A DNA stretch of 49,297 nucleotides, taken from the NCBI GenBank assembly GCA_018398765.1, contig JAHBMJ010000373.1, positions 1-49,297 on the forward strand, given 5' to 3'. The notes beneath the pieces are model-generated. The model saw only the letters and a list, made by a program, of their open reading frames with translations, was not told the origin of the DNA and did not search any database. A program made the translations under genes and the position numbers. Below, one piece after another: positions 35,650 through 44,626 of this stretch; positions within the stretch are counted from its first letter, which is position 1; every line of letters starts with the position of its first letter. The stretch is from Chromera velia. Taxonomy: Eukaryota.

Positions 35650-37071
35650 TCAGCTAGACCCCGAAACACTATGTTCCCTTTCTTCGTCAATCGGAGCTCC
35701 CCCTTGTAACAGCCCTGCGTCCTCTGCACGTCGACTTGTTTGTTGATGTATGAACGCCTGCGCACGACCTGTGTGGTGATGAATGAAAGCGTTCAGAGCA
35801 TGACTCTCCCTCATGATGCGTTTTTGCAGTTGGTGCATCAGAGGATCAAACGAGTAAAACACAGGCTCATAGACAAAAAACAAAATCGCACTTGCAGGCC
35901 CGATGAATCCCACACGAGCAGACACCCCCCTGAGCGCTGCCCCCAAACCCTCATTTTTCAGCATGCTCGCAAGGGTCGTACCAACCTTCATGACACCATT
36001 AGTGCACTTCTGCGCACTTATTGGGACTTTGATGTTGCACATCAATCGCGTTTTGACAACATCCAACGGGGTCGTCAGAGCGGCAGCAAGAGCACCTGCA
36101 GCCAGACCTATTGAGAAGGACTCAAGAGGCGAGAGGTGTTGAGAGCTTGCGAGGAGATCCTCTGTCTCCCCCCCCTCTTCTTCCTTCGTTCGGCGGAAAC
36201 GCTTTCGTGACCGCACGTAGCCACTCCGAAAGACTTCATAGAAAGAGAGATGAAGGCCGCGAAACGTGGCGTCGCGACAAACATTTGCTGCATACCCCTT
36301 ATACAGGCCCCTTAAACTTCCCTCCTCTTTTCGTATTTGTTGCAACACGTCTGCGATTGTGGATGCCTTTCCGCTTTGCCGTCTCTGTTTTATCAATTCA
36401 GAAGGGACTACCCACAGGTCAGCAGCAATCTCACCGACAAACGCTGCAAGAAAAGCACAAACACCCACACCGAGGGGCGGCACAAATTTGTCGACCAACA
36501 AGGGCTTTAAGATGCCGTTCAAACCAAATGAGATCATCGTGTAGGGCATTTCGCCCAAGATGATACTGGGGACAGAGCCTCTGTAGATCCTCTGAACAGC
36601 AGAAAGCAGCCTTGCGGGACCGCTCCCCTCAGCTCCCATGAAGAAAGCTTCACCGAACGAGGCAGTTGGATTTGCCTGCAAACGAGTCTTCATGGTGTCC
36701 ATGGGAAAAGTAGCAAATTGGGCCACGAAACGGCCTGCGCACGCAGCCACAACGTGCTTCAACCAAAAGGGGGCTTTCTTCATGACAACACCCAAGTCCT
36801 CCTCCCCATGGTGGACTTCTTGGTCCACCTGCTGTCTTTCCGGGGCAGTCGGCACAATGTCACGAGGTTGCAGTCGCCATCGGCGTCGGCGGAATGCTTT
36901 TGGAATTTTCGGTTTTACTCGCCTGGCCAACCTCGGGAGTCGCCCGAGTTGGGGGGTAGAGGGGGCTTTCGTTGCTTGGGCCGTTCTCTCCTTCTCCAGC
37001 ACTCGAGCTTCGCTGAGGAGGAAAGCCAGCAGAAAGCATAGAGGCAAATGGAGGAGAATTCGGAAAATCAT
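35650..37071 (-). CDS. Mitochondrial carrier family (SLC25) transporter, S-adenosylmethionine-carrier-like, with signal + basic transit-like leader
   Basis: Three Px[DE]xxK[TQ]R signatures: PMDTMKTR, PSELIKQR, PLDVVKTR; GLYKG. ATG at 37071 begins hydrophobic MIFRILLHLPLCFLLAFLLSEA followed by an R/K-rich stretch. Confidence 0.88.
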   Translation of the reverse strand: MIFRILLHLPLCFLLAFLLSEARVLEKERTAQATKAPSTPQLGRLPRLARRVKPKIPKAFRRRRWRLQPRDIVPTAPERQQVDQEVHHGEEDLGVVMKKAPFWLKHVVAACAGRFVAQFATFPMDTMKTRLQANPTASFGEAFFMGAEGSGPARLLSAVQRIYRGSVPSIILGEMPYTMISFGLNGILKPLLVDKFVPPLGVGVCAFLAAFVGEIAADLWVVPSELIKQRRQSGKASTIADVLQQIRKEEGSLRGLYKGYAANVCRDATFRGLHLSFYEVFRSGYVRSRKRFRRTKEEEGGETEDLLASSQHLSPLESFSIGLAAGALAAALTTPLDVVKTRLMCNIKVPISAQKCTNGVMKVGTTLASMLKNEGLGAALRGVSARVGFIGPASAILFFVYEPVFYSFDPLMHQLQKRIMRESHALNAFIHHHTGRAQAFIHQQTSRRAEDAGLLQGGAPIDEEREHSVSGSS

Positions 37072-37749
37072 CTTGGCAGGGAAGGAAGCCGGAATCTGTA
37101 CGTCACCGACACGCCTAACAGACAACCGCGAGACGGGAGGAGACGGAGACGCGTTGTTAAAGCCCGATCGATGGAATCACTGGTCAGATAAACAGCCTCC
37201 TCGAACGTACACGCAAAAATCTCCTCGTAGTGAAGTCTGCAGTGGGCCAGGGATGCAAACAAGCACGTGGTTGCAGATTGAATTGACAAGGGTCTGGAGA
37301 ATCAGCGATGCGAGATGATGCGAGATTCATGAAACGGGGCAGTCTTCACGAGTTGGAAGAGCTTTGGCGGTTGTTCCCGCGACCAGAAGTGGGCGGTCCC
37401 TGTGCCGCTCGCGGCACCGCATCCCGCACTAAGCGACAGTCTGACACTTCAGACTGACATCGTAGACTGACACAAGAATCGAAAACAGGAATGTCAAAGT
37501 GCACTTCATATCACTGCATGTCAGAGCCGTCTTGCTAGCTGTCACAAAGAGACCTAGACTCAAAGAACCTGGCATCTATTGTGTATGAAAGTGCAGGTTG
37601 ACCTTTAAAATCGTCACACTGCACTCCGTATTGTGAGGTCACCGCTCCTCTGAATCTGCTTCTTCTATTCAGTAGGGGCTCGCTTTGGATTCCCACCCGT
37701 TTTTCTTCCCACTGCTTCATGAGCAAGGTGTGTAAACCGAGGTAGAGTC

Positions 37750-38862
37750 ATGGAAAAAGAGAAGAATTTCACAGCGGAGGAAAAAGAAAGTCTCCCTGCT
37801 CATAAGAGGGCGAAGAGTCTCGTGATTGACCTGACGGAGTCACCAGATTCGGACACCGAAGAATCCACAAGGAGACAGAGAGAGAAGAAAGAGTTGGAGA
37901 GACAAGATGAAGCGCTTGCACGCCGTCTATATGAGGAAGAGTTGCAGGCTCTGGGGAATGCAGGTGTGCAGCAGCCTGCGAGTTGCCTGGCCGGCATGGA
38001 AAGTGAAGCGAGACTTGCAGAACATCTAAATGCAGAAGGAGACGCTTACCTAAGAGAGTTCTCAAGTTCCTCCTCCTCCTCAGCACCTGCTGCAGCAGGT
38101 GTTCTAGGGGAAGAGAAGCCCTCCAAAGTGAACACCTCTTACTGGTTGTATGAAGGGCGCACTTCTGCGAACATCTGCGGGAAGTGGATGCTGTTCTATC
38201 CCGTCTGGAAGATCGATGAGGCGTGGGGCCGAGCTAAGGAAGCGTTTCGGAAGGGCGACCTGAAGGGAACGGAATGCATGAAAGTCTCCACCGCCTTGCC
38301 GAACCCGAGGGCAACGAACGACATCATGAAGGTGATGATCTTCTACGTTGCCTGTGTGAGGGAGGAAGAAATCATGGAGGTGGGCAGGACAGTCGTGCGC
38401 GTGATGGAATTTCACAAGCACGGCCCGTTAGCGTCCTTCAAGACGGAAGAAATGACCAGTAGAGGCACCCAGGCCACCGGGTGCCGCCAGAATTCGCAGT
38501 ACAGCATCCGTACGAACTATGAAGACTGGAGAGAGGAGCACGACGGTGTGGTCTTTGTAGAGTCGAAAAGAGGAGACGCCGACAAGGCACGAGAGGCCGG
38601 GTTGAAATGGGACCCTGCGGCTCGGAAAAGTTTCATTCCTTCAGACCTGCCCGAGGACGAAAAGCAACAACTCCTCAGAGAGTGGCAGCCACGAAAGGGA
38701 TCCAAGGCAAAGTCGAAAAGGGGTGAAAAGAGAAGCGTGACAGAGGAAATGGCGGCATTCATGGCAGAGGATTCTGAAGGCCACGGGGAAGATGGGCTGG
38801 GGGTAGTGGATAAGGGCCTGAGGCAGTCTCAGAGACAAAGAGGTGAGGAGAAAGAAGGCTGA
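37750..38862 (+). CDS. BLES03/DUF1917-like (eIF4E-like fold) protein with N-terminal SIM- and MIU-like motifs and a DUF5710-like C-terminal motif
   Basis: 370-aa ATG-initiated ORF. GKWMLF..IDEAW..G.L..MKVST..P..VMIFY..EIMEVG..FKT..T..G matches my recollection of the BLES03 family. ADKAREAGLKWDPAARK resembles DUF5710. Confidence 0.72.
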   Translation: MEKEKNFTAEEKESLPAHKRAKSLVIDLTESPDSDTEESTRRQREKKELERQDEALARRLYEEELQALGNAGVQQPASCLAGMESEARLAEHLNAEGDAYLREFSSSSSSSAPAAAGVLGEEKPSKVNTSYWLYEGRTSANICGKWMLFYPVWKIDEAWGRAKEAFRKGDLKGTECMKVSTALPNPRATNDIMKVMIFYVACVREEEIMEVGRTVVRVMEFHKHGPLASFKTEEMTSRGTQATGCRQNSQYSIRTNYEDWREEHDGVVFVESKRGDADKAREAGLKWDPAARKSFIPSDLPEDEKQQLLREWQPRKGSKAKSKRGEKRSVTEEMAAFMAEDSEGHGEDGLGVVDKGLRQSQRQRGEEKEG

Positions 38863-38949
38863 AAGGATGAGTCAGACGATGCCGATGGGAGAGCGGCTAG
38901 GGGAGCTAGTAGGGGAGCAGAAGGTATCAAGAATACGGACTCGCAGCGT

Positions 38950-40006
38950 TAAGCTAGCTCTTCAAGTAACTCTTGAATTCAAGTTATTAATTCCTGAAAC
39001 ATGTAATGTACACACTAGTGTACACATGTCAAATCAAAAATAGCTTTTACCTACTTTTACCATATTCACTTGCATTCATTTTCGTCGAATATGTTCAAAA
39101 GTTTCCCTATGGCCCTATAACGAATATATAAATTTACTTAAATTTAATATACTAAAAGAATCAAAAGATTTTTTCTAAAAATGTATGTTGTTACTAGGCT
39201 ATTTCAATTGTTAGGAAAACTTGTTACGTCCTCTATAGTAACAGTAGTATACTGTATACTTAGTTACTACTACTACGCGACTAGCTGGTAATTGAATAGT
39301 ACGTGCCTCTAGACGTATTTCTAATAGCTAGATTCACTCCTGTGTCTGAATAATTATTATTTTGATGTATAATGATTATGTCTGAATAATCATTATTGAT
39401 ATGAATGATTATAATACTGGTCAATAATAATTATTTTTAAATAGTGGTTATAGAGTTTCAATAATTATTATGCAAAACATCTTTGAGTTATCCTAGTGAT
39501 GAAATGCTAGTGTGGTTACCAACTTATCATGCATGCGCGTAATCATACCTAATCTCTAGTCTGATCTCCATAATAGCTAAAACAATGGCTATGAACAAAT
39601 CCAAACAATGGCTAAATTCCCTTGGTAAAAACAATGCTACACGGTAGCCTACACCTTAGGCCTAGGCTCGGATTCAATATATATTATATTTCAGGTAAAA
39701 CGCTAATATAATATAATATAATATAAACTTAATGTAATATGGGAGGATGAAGATCAGGTTGAAGACCAGGGATGAGTCAGAGAATGAAGATCCGTCCTGC
39801 AAAATCTAATGATGATGCGTCTCTTTGGTTGTTACATTTCAAGACGGTTTTTGAAAAGGATTCATAGGCAAGTTGCTCTTTTCAGATGAATTAAGAAGGG
39901 AAAAAAGACAAGTACGGGCCTAGACACGGGCAGCTTTATATACATGTTATATCATATTATATTATATTTATATTATATTATATTCATGTTATTCATATTA
40001 TTATAT
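38950..40006. repeat. AT-rich island with partial MITE-like copy (~39340-39520) and (ATATT)n at ~39946-40006
   Basis: Composition; similarity to 12873-12967; AACAATGGCTA direct repeat at ~39580-39615. Confidence 0.55.
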
Positions 40007-40009
40007 TAG

Positions 40010-42567
40010 GGGAAAGAAGTTGAGGACTGTGCAAGTGGGGTGGAGAGAGAGTTAAAGTAGGAAAGGGTGGAAGACATCTTTAAAAAAAGAAAAAAGATCT
40101 TCTGGCAGAAAAGGAAGAGATATAAGAGAGCGAAAACTGAAAAAGCGAAGACACATTTGCTTAATGACCCCCTCTTCCTTTGGAAAGAAAGGAGAAAGTT
40201 GTTGAAAGACGGTCTGAGGCCAGGGGCAAAAGACTTCTCAAACCATTGGGCACGGGTTTTGGGGGAGGGCAAAGAATTGCCAGAGCCGGATCCGGAGCCG
40301 GAGCCCCCGAAGCAATTCATTTTCTCGTATAATCAGGTGACTGATCGTCTGAAAGGAATGGATAGAAAGAAAGCGGCAGGGCTCGATGGCATCTCTCCTC
40401 AACAACTCGACCTTTGCTTTTGTCACTCTCCCATCTCTCGTTTCCTTTTGTTTGTTTTCTTTAATTTAATGCATGCATATGCATGTTGGCCTGATAACTA
40501 GAATTTGTTGAGAATCGTACCCGTCCCGAAAGGTCCCCCTTTACCACAGCCGAATGACTGGCGTCCAGTCCATGTCGTTAACCCCCTTACAAAGCTCTTT
40601 GGTCTCCTTATCGATGATAGAATCCGTCAGCAAGCTCGTTTTAACGACAGACAGATCGGGTTTAGGAAAGGGGTGGGCACAAGAGAGGGGATTGGAGCAG
40701 TGGTAGGCTTGGTACAGGAATGCAGAAGAGGCAAGAAGGGGCTCTTGGGCGGATTTGTCGACTTCTCAAAGGCGTTTGACTCCATCCCTCGGCTAAAGCT
40801 TCTGGCAAAGCTGTAGGCTGAGGGAATAGAGAAGAGAGATCTGTTGATGATTGCATCTATGTATAGAGGCGTGAAAGCGAGAGCCGATGGGGACTCGGCT
40901 CTAGTCCTGGAAGGGGCAGGGGTTAAGCAAGGTGATGTATTGTCCCCGTCGCTTTTTCTATTATTCATTAATGACCTGCATGATGAGATTCAGAAAGGAA
41001 AACGGGGAGATGGAAAGGAAACGGAGGGGGTTCACCTTGCTGGGGCCAGTTTGGGAAGTATAGGCTACGCTGATAATCTTGTCTTGTTTGCACACTCAGC
41101 AGCCGACCTCCAAGCAAAATTCGATACCCTGGAGAGGTATTGCGGAAAGTGGGGGTTGAATATTAATCTGAAGAAAACCAAGGTCCTGCGCCTTTGTAAA
41201 TACTGCAAGGACTGTAACGGCATGATTTTATACCAAGGGAAGGAAGTAGACTGGTGTGATCAGTACAAATATTTGAGTTGCCTTCTATTTGAGGGAGGGG
41301 ATTTGACTCGGTCGATTGAAGCACGCCTACGCAGTGCAGAGCATGTAATGGAAGCAGTGATTGGTCTGGCTGCGAGTCTGTCTGGGTTGCCTTTCAGGGG
41401 AAAGATGCAGCTGCTGAAAGTGTGCTGGGAACCGATAGCACTCTATAGCCTGGAGTGCTTTCCGATAAGACAGGGAGACTGGGAGGCGATTGACAACTTG
41501 CGGCTCCGGATTGTTCGATGGGTGGCCCGACTTCCGGTCAGGAGTTTGCGTGTACCCTCTCTTTTGTCTGTTAATTTAATGTCTGCTCGCATGTTCTTAT
41601 ATGCTCGTTTTGCTTCATTCTGGATTGCACTTAGCCGTTCGCATCTCCGTATTCCTCAGGCTCTTTTGAATTCATAGAAGGGACCAGCGGGGCAGAAGCA
41701 AAGACGAGCCGTTAATGGTCTGTTCAGATGGGCAGGCCTTGACTTTTTGACGTCTCTCCCTGTTCGGAGCTCAGAAAGATGGGCTCAGAAGGGGAATTTG
41801 TTTGTTTCTACCAAAATTAAGGATACATGGGGAATGGAATGCATGAAAAGGGGAGATAGGGAAAAAAGGGGCAACTTCCCCCTGTCTGCCTCTTTATCAG
41901 GACTACAGAGAGCTCTTCCGTCTTCTTTACGTTCTTCTCTATTTCTTTTGTCTTCAAAGAATGACCCCAAGGTACGGATGTCCTGTCTGCTAAGAAGTGC
42001 CTTATATGAGAAGATTGAGCCACTCCAGGACCTAAAGGCATTGACACTAAATCGGAAAGGTCTGACGGGGGGGGCCAACTCTCCGGGAGAGGTGTTTTGT
42101 CTGGTAGAGGGTTGTTCAAATAAAAAAAAAAATGATGATCTCTGACACCAGCTTTCAGTATACTCCAATTGGGTAGAAGTAAGAAATAAACTAAACAAAG
42201 TGGTAGAAGGAAAAAAAGTGAAGCAAAAGATTCAGAGAGAAGGAATTGAGGGATCGGATGCAGCCAAAACAGAAGCGAGGAAGATGCTGCTTTTGGCTTT
42301 ACAAGTCGATCCATATGAAGCATGCAGAGCCATTTACGATCTTTGTTACTCACTGTGCACGCCTGTTTCTATATGAACGTGACCTTTTCTTCTTCTGTTC
42401 GAGTCTTCTATTGCCACCTCCAACATGCATACTGCTCGTGAGCTCACCAAGCGAGCACTTCAGGGGATCTCGCGCTTAGCTTTATCTCTAAACTTGAGTG
42501 ATTGACGATCTCTTGCATGAACATGGGCTACTAGGAGCACGGCTCCACTCTAGCAAAGCCAACTTCA

Positions 42568-42602
<35 letters not shown>
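40010..42602 (+). mobile_element. 5'-truncated, inactivated non-LTR (LINE-like) retrotransposon with reverse transcriptase and C-terminal CCHC remnant
   Basis: RT motifs KAAGLDGI, IVPVPK, DWRPV, QIGFRKG, FVDFSKAFDSI, GVKQGDVLSP.LF, YADN (for YADD), GL.IN..KTK, YKYLS (for YLG). One frame runs 40010-42376, interrupted by stops at 40058, 40499, 40814, 41675 and 42143. Ends in ttcattc(AT)n. Confidence 0.92.
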
Positions 42603-42604
<2 letters not shown>

Positions 42605-43460
42605 AATTCAAGCCTAGCCTTAGGCCTATCACAGAGAAAAAAAAAAATTGAAGCCCGTTCTCGCTTAGTTTTTTTTTTTCTCGCCCGACGATGTTAGGTG
42701 ATAAACAACTGTTGTTTAAGTGTTGCATAAGTGTTGTTTTAGTGTTGCACAAGTATTGCTTAGGTGTTGCACAATAGAAAAAAAGAAAAAAATAATTTAA
42801 ACCAATTTTGGTTTACTTTTTTTTTTATTTGTTTTTGCTGTGCTACGACTAGCCTACACCTCTAGCTATACCAGACCACAAAGGGTCAAAGGTCTACACC
42901 CCCCCCCGAACCCCTCTCCACCTCTGCAAAAACCTGCGCCCTAAAGGGCACAGGCCTTTACAGAGGCAACACAAGTTTTCTTCCCTATCTAAGCTCCCTT
43001 TTTTTATTTATACAAACAGAATATACTTAATTACTAAAATAAACAAAAAACAATAACCAATATGCACTTCACACTTTTCGCAGTAGTTAGCACTGACATT
43101 GGTTAAGCTAAAAAATTACCTTTGGCTAGCTACTAGTAAGCCAATGGCTAAGCCAATCATTTTACAACTCTGCATTTGATATTTGATTAATTATATTTGA
43201 TTTGTTTTGATTTGATTTCATTTGAATCATGATTTAATGTAAATCACTATATGATGATGACATACATACATGCATATCAGACCCTAGATCACACCGTAAA
43301 TACTAAATATACATTCAGGTTAATTGTCACACAAAAAGACGAAAGCGGTCTTCATATTATTATAAATTATTGTAACGGTCTCAAAGAAAAAACCGATCGT
43401 GACGTGATTATTTTTATGATATATCGATTGGTCATTCGAATGATTCCCACGGTTTGAAAG
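42603..43460. repeat. AT-rich island with GTGTTG-type dispersed repeat and (ATTTG)n
   Basis: 'acaactgttgtttaagtgttgcataagtgttgttttagtgttgcacaagtattgc' at ~42704-42760; (ATTTG)-like run at ~43174-43225. Confidence 0.55.
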
Positions 43461-44626
43461 TTCGATCTGGAATCAAATAAGAACATAGAATTGTGATGCA
43501 TGCTCAATTGTGAATTGTGACTTACCTCAGGCTAAAACAGCAAAAGTGGGTAGACACCTGTACATGAGCAGTCAACAGCTTTGCCCGCAAGCGTGAGTGG
43601 AGTTGTGGATCTCTCTTCCGCGGAAGACACAAGAGAAAATGACTGTCAAGGACCCAGCGAAACAGAAACTGTCAGTCTCACTGACAGACGGTAAAAACAA
43701 AAGCCAAGAGGAAACTCCACAGACAATGACATACACATACACGTACACATGCACACGCAGAGAGAAAGAAGGGAAAGGGGGGGAGATACAAAGAGAGAGA
43801 AAGAAAGCATAGAATGGAGCGCAAGGACATGCAAAGGGAACGCATGAATTGTCAAACAAGGCATGACAGGGACGGACAAGAAGAAAGTTGATCGACAAAT
43901 AATCAATGAATGAAGCGCCAATCCCGATCTAAACAAACACAAATAAGATACAGACGATCCTCTAGAGAGAAGAGGCGAAGATATATCGGGGACAGGAAGA
44001 TGCAACAACTAGACAAACAATGCATGGCAGAGACGCCCGGACAGAAAAAAGAGAGGTCCGCTGCGGAAGAAGGTCAATGGATGACAAATGAGTCTCCGAG
44101 AACTCATCGATCAAAACAATTTCTCGGAGAGGGGAAGGGAACAGTGCAAGCAGACGGAGCTGAGGGGAGGAAAAGACCCGGCCCCAAAGAAACAAAGCAA
44201 GAAGGGAAGAAAGCAGAGAGAGTCACTGTGGAAGGAACGTCCCGAATCTTCAATCACGAGGAGGAAAAAAAAAAACGAGAAATGAATAAAACGGGATCAT
44301 GGTCCCCAAGCAACTGCCTTTCTGCTGTTCCAGGTCTGTTCCCCCCCCCCCCCCTCCTCCAGCTCCCACCAAGCACTCGCGTCTCTTGATCGACTTCCCA
44401 AACCCACACATCCATCCATCCCTCGCAAACAGCCGGAGGAGAAAGAAAAGCGAAAAGTGCAGAGGACAGTCAGAACGCGATTCCTCGACCCCTTTCGTCT
44501 CAGGTCAAACAGACCATAAGGTCTGCCTGGTTCCAATCAACAGAGACAGGGAAACAGAAGAGCAGATCCGGCCAGAGAAGGGAAGAGAAGAGAAGAAACG
44601 AGACGCAGGAATTTCCAAATAGAAAC

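Noticed and set aside
39740..39910. Possible upstream LINE fragment (DDASLWLLHFKTVFEK)
   Set aside because: Too short and interrupted to assign without an alignment.
40058..41677. TAG readthrough or stop-codon reassignment explaining the in-frame TAGs of the RT
   Set aside because: TAG terminates ordinary genes here (exonuclease 2062-2060, FG-GAP 28898-28900), and the RT also has a TGA and a dead YADN catalytic motif.
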